From: Mobula hypostoma
Lineage: Eukaryota
Assembly (NCBI RefSeq): GCF_963921235.1
Contig: NC_086097.1
Location: 38,628,001 to 38,692,000 of the forward strand
DNA: 64,000 bases
Reading direction: 5' to 3'
The notes under the pieces were generated by a model, which was not told the origin of the DNA, did not search any database, and worked only from the letters and a program-made list of their open reading frames with translations. A program made the position numbers and the translations under genes. This document shows, in pieces, positions 14,209-26,336 of the stretch. Each line of letters begins with the position of its first letter. Within the stretch, counting starts at the first letter, position 1.

Positions 14209-15110
14209 GGCTACGTCCACACTAGACCGGATAATTTTGAAAACACCGGTTTCGCATAAAAACAATAGGTGTCCACACCAGGCATTTTTCAAAATAACTC
14301 TGTCCACATTAGAACGGATATTTGGGTGAATCTCCTCCTACTGGGCATGCGCAGGACACACAGAAAACAAGCAAAAAGGAAACAGTATACTTGGTGAGCG
14401 TTTGTCCAGTTACAGACTAGAAAAACTTAAAAGGGATTGCTGTTGGCTCTCGCGCAGGAGGACTTAAAACTAAAAAACAACAGATGTATGGAGTGTATGG
14501 AGGCAACCGACAGGGAGTTCACGGACAGTATGACCCGGCTGACGACGAACATTGAAAAACTGACTAACTCTGTTGCATTAATAAAGCACCTTGTTAAATG
14601 TATAAAACATGTCTGCATCAGTGTTATCTTGTATTTCCATACAATGTTACATTAGGCTGTTACACATCTATTGTCAGAGAAGTACTTTCATAAATAGGTA
14701 AACACCTTCATACAAGCAAGGACAGAAAACAGGGCAAAGTGAGTATACTTATTTATTCAGTAAGCTATGGGTCAAAGTATTTGGTGAGTACATTTCTAAC
14801 TCTTCTGGCTTCAGTCTTGTTGCCGTCTGTTCTGAAATTGTTAAGTTGTATGGGGGGGTTACGTTCAAGAAAACAATGAAATGCCGCATTGCCGCCACTA
14901 GCAAGTCATGACAGCGTTTTTAAAAATATCCGTTTACCCTGTCCACACTGCTCTGCACAATCGGCGTTTTCAAATTTACACACTCTGGAGGGCATTTTAG
15001 AAAATCTCTGTTTTCGGGGGAGGAAAATGCCGTTTCAGTGTGGACGGAGGGTCAAAATGAAGAGAAAAATCTTCGGTTACGGATTTATCCAGTCTAGTGT
15101 GGACATAGCC
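14209..15110. mobile_element. PIF/Harbinger non-autonomous DNA transposon
   Basis: TIRs ggctacgtccacactagaccggataa and ttatccagtctagtgtggacatagcc. 3-bp TSD TGA at 14206-14208 and 15111-15113. Confidence 0.85.
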
Positions 15111-15311
15111 TGAGATACTCAAACCACCACGTCTGGCACCAACAATCACTCCACTGTCAAAGTCACCAAGGACACATTTCATCACCATTCTAATGTTTGG
15201 TCTGAACAACTGAACCTTTGATAAAATCTGCATTTATGCATGCTTTGAGTTGCTGCCACATGATTGGCTGATTTGCATTGATGAGCAGATATACAGGTGT
15301 ACCTAACAGAG

Positions 15312-16142
15312 CAGGGTACCAACCTTTTTTACACCGCGGACCGGTTTAATATTGACAATATTCTTGCGGACCGGCCAACCGGTGGGATGGGGGGGGGGAG
15401 GTGTTCAAGTAGGGTTATACTCACCTCAACATGTCTTTTACAGTTAGGGTTGCCAACTTTCTCACTCCCAAATAAGGGACAAAAGTAGCAGTCAAATCCC
15501 GGGACACCTTACCCCAGGAAAGACAAGCATGACCATGAAGCCTTGTGCGGGCACCTGTGTGTGCATGTGTGTCTGCGCATGTGATGTGGGCACGCGCGCA
15601 TGTGATGTGGGCACGCACGTACGTGCTGATATTTTCCCCCACAAGCCGGTTTTGCCTTCATCTTCCCAACTATACTGTTCATACATTATTTCTACTGTAT
15701 ATAGGCTGTGTATTTATCATATCATTCCTGCTTTTACTATATGTTAGTGTTACTTATTTTCAGTTTTACGTGTTATTTGGTATGATTTGTTAGGTTATTT
15801 TTTGGGTCTGGGAACGCTCAAAACTTTTTTCCTATATAAATGAATGGTAATTGCTTCTTCGCTTCACACCACTTTGGCACGAAAGGTTTCATAGGAACGC
15901 TCTACATTAGCGGGGGAAATATGGGACAAGGGCGGTCCCGTATGGGACAAACCAAATTAGCCCAATTTATGGGCTGTCCCGGCAAATACGGGACAGTTGG
16001 CAACCCTATGTTCAAGTTCAACAGTGCGTGACAGGGAATGAGGAAAGATACAGCTGACTCATATGGTTTCCTTGCGGCCTGGTAGCACATGCTTTGCGGC
16101 CCGGTGGCCCATGCTTTGCGGCCTGGTGGTTGGAGACCGCTG
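15312..16142. mobile_element. hAT-type MITE (outer), composite
   Basis: Termini cagggtaccaacc and ggttggagaccgctg. 8-bp TSD taacagag/taatagag (1 mismatch). Confidence 0.7.
15410..16008. mobile_element. Inner hAT-type element (TAGGGTTG termini) carrying a Tigger right-end fragment
   Basis: tagggttgccaac at 15445 and gttggcaacccta ending at 16008. 8-bp TSD tgttcaag at 15402-15409 and 16009-16016. 15680-15920 resembles 27660-27893. Confidence 0.7.
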
Positions 16143-16389
16143 TAATAGAGTGGCCACTGAGGGTATATAAAGTGCATAAATGAGAAGATAGGAACTCTTG
16201 TTTAACGACTCATCAATTCCATGTACTGATCAATAATCACGGTGGAAACAGAATATTTCACAGAAAGAGAGGTCAATAGGAGGTTAATTGCTGAAAAGTA
16301 TTCTTGGGAATAAATCAGGCAATCTATCAGCAAAAAATATTACAAAACACTGACGTAGTTAACATCAATGTCATGAAGTTCAACACTTA

Positions 16390-16930
16390 GACCATAACAT
16401 GTAGGGGCATAGTTAGACCATTTGGAACATCAAGTCTGCTTTGCCATTCTATCATGGTTGATTTATTATCCCTCTCAACCCCATTCTCATGCTTTCTCCC
16501 TGTAACCTTTGACCCTCTGACTAATCAAAACCTACCAATCTCTGCTTTAAATATAGCCAATGACTTGGCCTCCACTCCTGTCTGTGGCAATGATTCCACA
16601 GGTTCACTACGCTCTGGCTGAAGAAATTCCTCCTCATCTCTGTTCAAAATGCATGACCCTCTATTCTAAGACTATGTCCTGTGGTCCTACACTCCCCCAC
16701 CAAAGGAAACATCCTCTCCGCATCCACTCTATCTAGGCCTTTCTATATTCGATAGGTTTCAATGAGATCCCATCTCATCCTTCTAAACTCCACTGAGTAC
16801 AGATGCTGAGCCTTTAAACACTCCTAGGTTAACCCTTTCATTCCTGGAATCATTCTCGTCAACCTCCTTTGCACCCTCTCTAATGCCAGCACATCTTTTC
16901 ATAGATTAGGGGCCCAAAACTGCTCAGTAA
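16390..16930 (-). mobile_element. CR1 3'-end fragment
   Basis: Same 3'UTR/ORF2-end sequence as 20070-20620. Confidence 0.75.
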
Positions 16931-17412
16931 AAGTAGACGCCAGTGATGGAGAGAAGTGTGGAATGCACATGAAGCCTAATTTAGATGATGAAAATGACAA
17001 ATCAAGTACAAAACTGGAGAAGGTTGAAAAGGTGGGGTAGAATAAAATAAATAAAACAAAAATCATGGAAATATTAAGGTCAGCAGCATCTGTGGAAAGA
17101 GAAATAAACTTCATTTTTCAGGTCCAAAACCCATAATCTGAACTGGGCAAAAGAGGCCGAATGTTGTTCAATAGCACTGTACCAAAGCTATTGGTTGTAC
17201 AAAACTATTCAGAATCCTTTCTCGTATACATTTGCTATCTTAAAAATAGTTTTCTTCTTAGTTTTAGCCAATTAATTATTATCTCAACAGATTTTGGCAA
17301 AGTCAAGGAGCCAAGAGTTAAAAATAAAGCAAAACCAGGATGTCAATTAGCCTGTTAAAAAAAACTTAATTATTCTCAAGTGTTCATTCATATTCATTAC
17401 CATTAAACACAC

Positions 17413-17537
17413 CTTAATATGCTCAGTAGAGGTTAATCTTCCACTGCTGCCCGAGCTGGACCAAGATTCTGATCTAGCACAAATGAATCCTTTTTGGTTT
17501 GGTGTTTGTCGATTTCTTCTCTGTAGCTGGTCTTGAT
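17413..17537 (-). CDS. SPATA7: SPATA7 exon 5 equivalent (125 nt; (Y)QDQLQRRNRQTPNQKGFICARSESWSSSGSSGRLTSTEHIK)
   Basis: Acceptor ttctctttgttcttaag, donor AAG|gtgtgt. YQDQLQR resembles YADQQRR. Phases join both flanking exons in frame. Confidence 0.82.
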
Positions 17538-18134
17538 CTTAAGAACAAAGAGAACAAATTGGATCAATCTGATGTTTTGCAATATTTATACTTGCATTCT
17601 AAATACAGTAGGTTTGACAGAAATGTTAAATTTAGCATAAATTTTGAAAGAATAACTCGGCCAAATTACTCCCTGGTTGGGATTCTCTCTTTCCTAGGAA
17701 ACCAGGACACCATATGATTTTGCTGCTTGCACTATCACAGGACTGGCGGTCACAGTAACAATGCCAGTAAATGTATAACACCAGAAATGAATCCATCAAC
17801 CAAGGAAAATAGACCTCACATACCTAAACATTGACTTCCTCTGAATTCATATGCTAACTAGATGAAATTGCCAGAACACAAATGTAGTGCTAAGTCTGCA
17901 GCCATAAATTATGAATCATTAAAACCAAACATCACTAACTTTCTCAAAACAGTGAAATATTTTGTATTAATTGTTACAAACCAACCAAACAGCTCCTGAT
18001 GAATAGTATTGTCTAACCTGTCATTCTGCTTTGTGACAAAGCACATTAACGTGAAGTTACTACCACCTTTTCAAAAACATGCCATCGCTTTTCTTTCTCA
18101 GAGCTAGCTCTCCTTTTAAATTAAAATTGATGTA

Positions 18135-19471
18135 CACCCTATCCTCGTTATATGGTGGGGATATGTTCCTCGCAGTCGACGCATAATGTGAAATCCCATT
18201 ATATGAATAATTATTTAAATGGAGAAAACAGGGATGCGTTCCAGAGGGCTTCCTAAATATGTTTTATTTGTAATTTATTCACATTTTCATACCAATATGA
18301 CATAAAAGCAGTACCACAAGACATTTGTATTATATTTCAACAATTTAAGGTAATATTCAAAGTAATAAATCATAGAAAGTTAACATCCTAGGTGTACAGT
18401 ACTCACCAATAGTGGCAGGTGTGTTCCCTCTGGGAGGTGAGTGGTTGTTATGGTGTCGGGCAGCTTTACATGGATAAGGTGGATGGTTGTGGTCGTCAGG
18501 ACCATATCAAGCACAGCAAGGGATGAAGGAAGACTCACAGAACTCTTAGAACTGCCGGCAGCAGGAGATGACACCGATTTGAAGAAAGTGGTGAGGGTTG
18601 TTTGCTTGGCAGCGTTTTGCTTTTCAGCATAAATTTGCTTGTAGGGAAGAAGGGTTGACGGCAGGGAACGACCGAAATGCTGACTCTGTTCTAGACTTGG
18701 GTCCATGTCCATCGCCATTTGTGCCAAGTGTTCCAACTTCCACCATTCCCTCACCATTGGTAAACTCCCGGGATTTTCAAAATCCTCTGTTGCTTGCAGC
18801 ATCTGAGAGATAGTTCGCCGTTAAAAAAAACATACGCCTTGAATGTGGATCACACCTTGGTCGAGTGGTTGAATCAGCGATGTTGTGTTAGGCGGCAGGA
18901 AACGCACTGTTATGTTAGGATGAATGCTGTCCAAATGTTTAGGATGAACTGGCGCATAGTCAAGCAACAAAAGAACTTTAAAGGCAAGATTCTGTTCCTG
19001 GTAGAGGCGTCCCACAGCTGTGTTACCTTCAGCTGATGCCGCGCTGTTTATAATTTCCAACTTTTTTTCAAGTGTTAAAGCCGTTCTCTGCCACTCGGCT
19101 GATGGCCCAGGACATGACATCGGACGCTTAGGAGGCATAGCTAAATATTTTAAGCACAAAATCACTGCACCGTAGGTAAGACCAACAGAAGTTTAAGATA
19201 TTGCATCCACACCTTGCCAAAACCAATGCGAGAGTGGCGGGAGTGAGATTGTGAGGCACGCGCACCTGACTTGTATTGGCGGGAAAGCGGTGCTTCTCAT
19301 CCCAACAGTGAGACTGTGAGGTGTGTGCACGCGACTTATGTTGGCGGGAAAGCAGTGCTCCTCGCATAACTGTGAGCTTTGGACGCATATAATGAGACGT
19401 TGGTAGAAATAGGTTCCTCGCATAACTGTGAATCTGTATTGTCTGAAGATGCATATAACAAGGATAGGGTG
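18135..19471 (-). mobile_element. Internally deleted Tigger/pogo DNA transposon
   Basis: TIR caccctatcctcgttatat and atataacaaggatagggtg, with TA TSDs. Transposase remnants LTLEKKLEII and LLLLDYAPVHP...FLPPNTTSLIQPLDQGVI. Confidence 0.9.
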
Positions 19472-21247
19472 TATCAAGTCTACAATTGAAGATTTTTAAA
19501 AAACCTGCTGTTGCAGATGCTTATGCACAAGCCAAGTACAAATTCTACTGGAGATAAAATCTCAAGTGCCCACATGAATTATTTTCCATCAACTTATCTG
19601 GCACAACAACAGTGCAAAATAAGGTAAAATGGCACAGGTGTATCTGTACTGGGTATAAACAACATTGTGAGCAATCAATAGCAGCCGCTCCACAATCTAC
19701 AGGCTTATTTTTCAGCATATCATACACTAGCACTACCAGCAAGCCACAAGACCAACACTCTTCAATAAATGTGGAAGAGTTTGCCAAGACCAGCAACACT
19801 CATACCTGAAAATGAGATGCCAACTTGGTGAACCTGCAACATCTAACAAGATTTTTAATTAACAGAAAAAGCAACAAGCTGATCTAGTAGGTGAGATTAG
19901 ACCAAAAGATCATAAAACAAAAGAGCCCTTCTTTCTATTTGGCCCATCGAATCTGCTCCACCATTCCATCATGGCTGTTTTATTTTTCCTCCCAACCCCA
20001 TTCTCCTGCCTTCTCCCCATAACCTCTGAGACCTTTATTAATCAAGGACCTATCAATCTCTGTTTTAAGACCATAAGATATAGGAGCAGAATTAGGCTAC
20101 TTGGCCCATCAAGTCTGCTCCACCATTCCATCATAGCTGATCCAATCTTCCTCTCAGCCCCAGTCTCCTGCCTTCTCCCCGTATCCCTTCATGCCCTGAC
20201 CAATCAAGAATCTTTCAACCTCTGCCTTAAATATACATTCACACTTGGCCTCCACTGCTGCTTGTGGCAAAGAATTCCATGGATTCACTACTCTCTAGCT
20301 AAAGAAATTCTTCCTCCTCTCCATTCTAAAAGGACACCCCTCTATTCTGAGGCTGTATCCTCTGGTCTTAGACTCTCCCACCATAGGAAACATCCTCTCC
20401 ACTTCCACTCTATCAAGGCCTTTCATCATTTGATAGGTTTCAATGAAGTCACCCCTCATTCTTCTGAATTCTAGTGACTACAGGCCCAGATCCATCAAAT
20501 GCTCTTCATATGACAAGCCATTCAATCCTGGAATCATTTTTGTGAAGATCCTTTGAACCCTCTCCAGTTTCACCTCATCCTTTCTAAGATAAAGGGCCCA
20601 AAACTGCTCACAATATTCCAAGTGAGGCTTCATCAGAGCTTTATAAAGTCACAACATTACATCCTTGCTTTTATATTCTAATCCTCTTGAAATCAATGCT
20701 AACATTGCATTTGCCTTTCTTACCTCAGACTCAATCTGCAAATTAACCTTTAGGGAATCCTGCACAAGGACAACCAAGTCCCTTTGCACCTTAGTTTTTT
20801 GCATTTTCTCTCCAATTAGAAAATAGTCAATCCTTTCATTTCTTCTACCAAAGTGCATGACCATACACTACCTGATATCGTATTTCATCTGTGATTTCTT
20901 TGCCCATTCTCCTAATCTAAGACCTTCCGTAGCCTACTTCCTCAAAACAACCTGCCCCTCCACCTACCTTTATATCATTTGCAAGCTCTGCAGAAAAGCT
21001 ATCAATTCCATCATCCAAATCATTAATATATAACGTAAAAATTCGGTCCCAACACAGAGCCCGGTGGAACACCACTCATTACCAGCAGCCAACCAGAAAA
21101 GGCTCCCTTTATTCTCACTCCTTGCCTCCTGCCAATTGACCACTGCTTTCTCCATGCTAGAATCTTTCCTGTAAAACCATAGGCTCATAGCTTGTTAAGC
21201 AACCTTGTGTGGCAACTTTTTAAAGGCCTTCTGAAAATCCAAGTACA

Positions 21248-21946
21248 TGTAGCCCCCCGGGCCGCCGTCAGGATCACTCGGCTCGCTGTCGTCTAGGGAA
21301 ACAGCCTCGGTCCCGCCAAACTGGGTAATTCATTTGTGTGGATGCTGTGTGATGTACCCCACCCCGCCCAAATAACAGACAATACACCAGATGCAATTAA
21401 ATGATTTACAGTTTATAGATATTACTGGAACTATATGATTAAGAGAGAATAAAATATAGAAGGAAAATAAAAGGCGCCACACGTATCAAAGTTCAATCTC
21501 TTCGTGCACAAAACAGTTGGAGCTCAAGGACCTTCTTCTTCACCCTGCGACCCCTCGGACCACCTCGACCGGCCGCCTGGGACCAACAACGGTGGTCGAC
21601 CAGACACTCCACACGAGTCCGTCTCCGTCTCCGTCTCCTCGCCGAACGCTCTCCTCGGGGTCCGACCCCGTTAGCGGACTCACAGCACCTCGTCCATCCT
21701 CTGTCTCGCTCTCCCGCCTTCTGCCCCAAAACCGTGCGCATACAGTATCTTCAAATACCCCAAAACCATAACAACTATCCCAATTGGTTAATAACATATT
21801 TCTTATCACACTCTAAACCAAAACAAGCTGCTAGCGCAAACTTTCTCAGCATTTAACACAACAAAGCCACGTTCCCCAGATTAACATAACAAAGAGGCCA
21901 TTTTAATTAGCCTCCGCAGTAACATAAAAGTCGAAACCCCCTTACA
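21248..21946 (-). repeat. 3' LTR of element A
   Basis: Near-identical to 24653-25343; TGTA...TACA termini. Confidence 0.95.
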
Positions 21947-22228
21947 CTCTCCCCGCCATCAAATAAAGTCATGTCCTCATGACTTCTAAATAACTCGCCA
22001 ACCAGTCCTGCAGACACACAACACACACATACACAGATACACACAGTGCCAGTGCTCTCCAAACAGTGGACCTTACGCCCGTCCCACGGGTGTTACATAG
22101 GCCAACCTATCTGGGAGCTTCTTAACCCTTCGAGACCTCCGTACCCCCTCACCTAAACCCAAAAGGCTCAGACACTACTAGGGATACCTCCGGCCTGTTT
22201 GCCAACTCTTCTCTCACTCAGGCCACCA

Positions 22229-24631
22229 CTACAGCTCGGAGCCCCTTGTCCCGTGCCCCGCCTCTCCTCCTTCCCGATCCTGCCGCAACTCAGACTGCCC
22301 ACAGCTAACCCTCCCCACTACACCTGACTCAGTGGGAGAAGGGCCAAAGGTCACTTCCTCAATCACGGGGAAGTTAGCGAAAGACAGCATGTACCACATG
22401 TGCAGCACATCATCCTTCGAATCCGTATCCTTCCTCATTCCCTCGATCGGTAGCTGCTGTTTAAGTTTCTCCAAACTGAAACATTTAGCCGAGGCTACCC
22501 CTTCACCCTCCTGCAGTTGAGACGTCAGCTTCTTCGGGGACTCCTTCAACTCTCGCCACAGCCTCAGCAGTTCCGACTCAGGGTTCCTGGCCATCTCAAT
22601 CTGGGACGCAGTTACCCCACCAGCTTCTTCCACCCTGACCTGAAAAGCAGCAGTTAAAAGATGTTCAGCCTCCGGTTGTTTCTTCCTGAGGACGTCTTCC
22701 AGGTCAACTTCCAGTTTTCCCACTTCATTTAAACTCGCGATAGTCATCTTCAGGTTCCTTTCAAGCATCCGCCTCCCTTTTCCGAGATCTGTCCTCCACT
22801 TCTTCACCTCTTCGGGAGTGTAGTCAAACTCCCCTCCCTGGGCTCTCGGTTTTCTGTTGACCTTAGTCAGAACACTTCCTTGATCTTCCCCAACTTGCAA
22901 GTCTTCCAATCTGTTTTGAATCGACGTCTTGAGTTTCTGCTGATCTCTTCGAAGGTGGGTCATTGTTTCTTCTTGCTGGATTAATTCATCAGTACATGAC
23001 CACAGTGTGGTGCAAATCCCCTCTCTTCCCTGTGTCTCATTCAGGTTGACGACCTGGGTTTCCATCCCCTGGTCCACCACCGTCTGTTCCAACACCAGGA
23101 AGTTCAACTGGTATGTCGGGTCATTTTTCTCACATTGCACCAAACTCCTCCGGCCAAAAACTCCTCCACATTTGACACTTCGCTTCGGTCGCCCGGGCTC
23201 AGCCACTCGCCTCACTTCATAGTCCCCACAGGCGAATCCAAGCTCTAGGTGGTCATCCACATACGCCAAAACTCCACACACCTTCACTTCCCCAATGGTC
23301 TTCCTCATGCCCCGCGAGAAGGATGCAGGGGCTCCGGATATGCCCTTGGGCATCTTTTCAGATCAGAAGAATTCTAGGAAATTAGTAACGGCTGTCTTCG
23401 GCTCAACAGCCGCACTCCTCGGGATCTGGCAACATCCACTCCTCAGATGCAGCACATTAAACAACGTCACATAATCCGCACACACGCTGCCTTCATTTTC
23501 CACGCTGCTAGGGTCCAGTTGCCGCGACCTCTCTCTCACTGAGGTGTCTTCAGCGGTCAACTCCCCTCCCTCGTGATAGTTTGGAGCACCTACTAAGAGG
23601 GTCTCACCCTCAGCTACTTTCCCCAAACCGTACCACCGCTGGGTCTCGTTTAAATTCGGTACTGGCTCAAGGCTGCTACACACGTCCTCGGAAGCAACTC
23701 GACACACTGGATGTCCAGAAAATGCCTCCATAACTTCCAGGGTCATTAACCAATTATCGTCTTCTGGATAACTACTGCCACTAGTACTCAAAGTCTCCGG
23801 TGCCCTTGCGGTTGTCAAGGATAAATGCTTCAGACACCGGTTTTAAAACGAACTGTACAACAACTTGATCTGTGCCCCGGGGTCGAGGATAGCTTTAGCA
23901 TCGCTTCCCTCTATCCATAGCGACACCCTGGGGCGTGGCCCCTCTAAGCCTGCAGGAATAGGGTCTTTTCCTTTCGGAAGTTCAGTGGTACATTGCTGGG
24001 AACGTGCTTCCCCAGAGAACACAAGCCGTTCCCCCCATTGGGCCTCCACTAAGTTTCCCGACAACTCTCTGATCAGCTGAACAACTGAAGGAGGGGCTGA
24101 TCCCCTGAAATGATCCCCCTGGCACTGCAAGCAATTTAGCCGCCCTCCTAGCCAGAGAAGACACACTGAAAACTTTCCCCCCTCTTTCAAATAACTGACA
24201 GCTGTCACTACGGTGTAAGTGAACCTGACAGCTCTAACACCGTCACCAGCCCGCCTACTCAAACTTTCAACCAATCCCTGTCGCTCTCCCTCAACCAAGC
24301 TCTGCCACTCATCTAACAACTGCGAGATCCGCTCCGCCCACGTCTCACACGCCTCCGCCCCTCTTGGGGTGGACACAATCCCAAACACCAGGCAGAGCCT
24401 GCCAGAGCTAGAACATTTATTCGCAGACCCTACCTCCAAATCAGACCACTCTTTCCTCTCTCTCCCAACCGCATGGACAGCCCCAAGTGCCACCTCCAAC
24501 TCATCAATGCTAGTCTGAACTCGAACAAAGACCTCACCCACCATGCATACAGCAATCACCAGCAAATAACCCACAGAGACACACATTACAGATTCAAACA
24601 GGGCACCCACACAGCATACCAGCAGGCTCAA
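22229..24631 (-). pseudogene. Chimeric gag-PR-RT-myosin rod-pol tail reading frame with two in-frame stops (23843-23845, 23363-23365)
   Basis: ORFs 23843-24631, 23363-23818 and 22229-23353 share one frame. Segments align to element B gag/pol and to the sarcomeric myosin heavy-chain rod. Confidence 0.8.
22442..23146 (-). pseudogene. Transduced sarcomeric myosin heavy-chain (MYH16-like) coiled-coil fragments
   Basis: LEDLQVGEDQGSVLTK ~ [43 protein letters not shown] ~ KKxRxDLERAKRKLEGDLK / LKMTIDNLNE; RVEEAGGVTASQIEM ~ RLEEAGGATSAQIEM; AKCFSLEKLKQQL ~ AKCASLEKTKQRL. Confidence 0.85.
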
Positions 24632-24652
24632 TCCCGGACAAAGCCCACACCA

Positions 24653-25343
24653 TGTAGCTCCCCCCCCGGCCGCCCTCAGGGTTGCTCGGCTCGCTGTCGT
24701 CTAGGGAAACAGCCTCGGCCCCGCCAAACTGGATAATTCATTTGTGTGGATGCTGTGTGATGTACCCCACCCCGCCCAAATAACAGACAATACACCAGAT
24801 GCAATTAAATGATTTACAGTTTATAGATATTACTGGAACTATATAATTAAGAGAGAATAAAATATAGAAGGAAAGTAAAAGGCGCCACACTTATCAAAGT
24901 TCAATCTCTTCATGCACAAAACAGTTGGAGCTCAAGGACCTTCTTCTTCACCCTGCGACCCCTCGGACCACCTCGACTGGTCGCCTGGGACCAACAACGG
25001 TTGTCGACCAGACGCTCCACACGAGTCCATCTCCGCGCCGAACGCCCTCCTCGGGGTCCGACCCCGTTAGCAGACTCACAGCACCTCGTCCATCCTCTGT
25101 CTTGCTCTCCCGCCTTCTGCCCCCAAACCCCGCGCATACAGTATCTTCAAATACATCAAAACCATAACAACTATCCCAATTGGTTAATAACATATTTCTT
25201 ATCACACTCTAAACCAAAACAAGCTGCTAGTGCAAACTTTCTCAGCGTTTAACACAACAAAAGCCGCATTCCCCAGATTAACATAACAAAGTGGCCATTT
25301 TAATTAGCCTCCGCAGTAACATAAAAGTCGAAACCCCCTTACA
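24653..25343 (-). repeat. 5' LTR of element A
   Basis: Near-identical to 21248-21946; adjacent to the PBS. Confidence 0.95.
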
Positions 25344-26336
25344 TACACAACATCAACCAATTCTCCTTTGTCTATCCTGCTTGGTGTTTCTTCAAAGAAT
25401 TCCAATAGATTTGTCAAGCAAGATTTTCCCTTGAGGAAACCATGCAGACTATTTTATAATGTGCCTCCAAGTACCAAGACCTCATCCTCGATAATCGACT
25501 CCAACATATTCCCAATCACTGAGGTCCGACTAACTGGCCTATAATTTCTTTTCTTCTGCCTCTGACCCTTCTTGAAGTGTGGAGTCACACTTGCAATTTT
25601 CCAGTAATCCAGAACCATTCCAGAATCTAGTGATTCTTGAAAGACCATTACTAATGCCTGCACAATCTCTTCAGCCACCTCTTTCAGAACCCTGGGGTGT
25701 ACACCATCTGGTCTAGGTGACTTCAAACCTTTCGGCTTCCCAACAACCTTCTCTCTAGTAATGGATTTTTAATACGCTTCATGACTCCTGACACCTGGAA
25801 CTTCCACCATACTTCTAGTATCTTCCACAGTGAAGACTGATGCAAAATATTTATTCAGTTCATCCACTATTTCATTGTCTCCCATTACTACCTCTCTAGC
25901 ACTGTTTTCCAGTGGTCCAATATCCACTCTTGTCTCTCTTTTACACTTCATCTATCTGAAGAAACTTTTGGTATCCTCTTTAATATTATTGGCTAGCTTA
26001 CTTTCATGTTCCATCTTTACATTCTTATTGACCTTTTGTTGGTTTTTAAAAACTTCCCAGTTCTAACTTCCCACTAATTTTTGCTCTATTATATGCTCTC
26101 TCATTGGCTTTTATGTTGTCTTTGACTGCTCGTTAGCCACAGTTGTGTCATTTTTCCTTTATAATACTTCTTCCTTTTTGGAATGTATATATCCTGTGTC
26201 TTCCAAATTGTTTCCTGAAATTCCAGCCATTGCTCCTCTGCTGTCATCCCTGCCAGTGTTCCTTTCCAGTCATTTCTGGCCAACTCTTCTCTCATGCCTC
26301 TGTAATTCCCTTTACTCCACTGAAATACTGATTATA

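Larger units (their letters stand above)
13863..16163. mobile_element. Tc1/mariner-type non-autonomous element hosting nested insertions
   Basis: Termini cacccagtggccacttta and tagagtggccactgaggg, flanked by TA. Related copies at ~41460-41805 and ~59697-59990. Confidence 0.65.
21248..25343 (-). mobile_element. Non-autonomous Ty3/Gypsy LTR retrotransposon (element A) carrying a myosin-like insert
   Basis: TG...CA LTRs at 21248-21946 and 24653-25343; 4-bp TSD TACA; tRNA-Pro-like PBS at 24630-24652; PPT just inside 21947; gag/PR/RT remnants (AKAILDPGAQI, YVDD). Confidence 0.95.

Noticed and set aside
21493..21809. Duplicated ORFs in 21493-21809 and 24910-25205 as a gene pair
   Set aside because: They lie inside the two LTRs; the duplication is explained by LTR identity.
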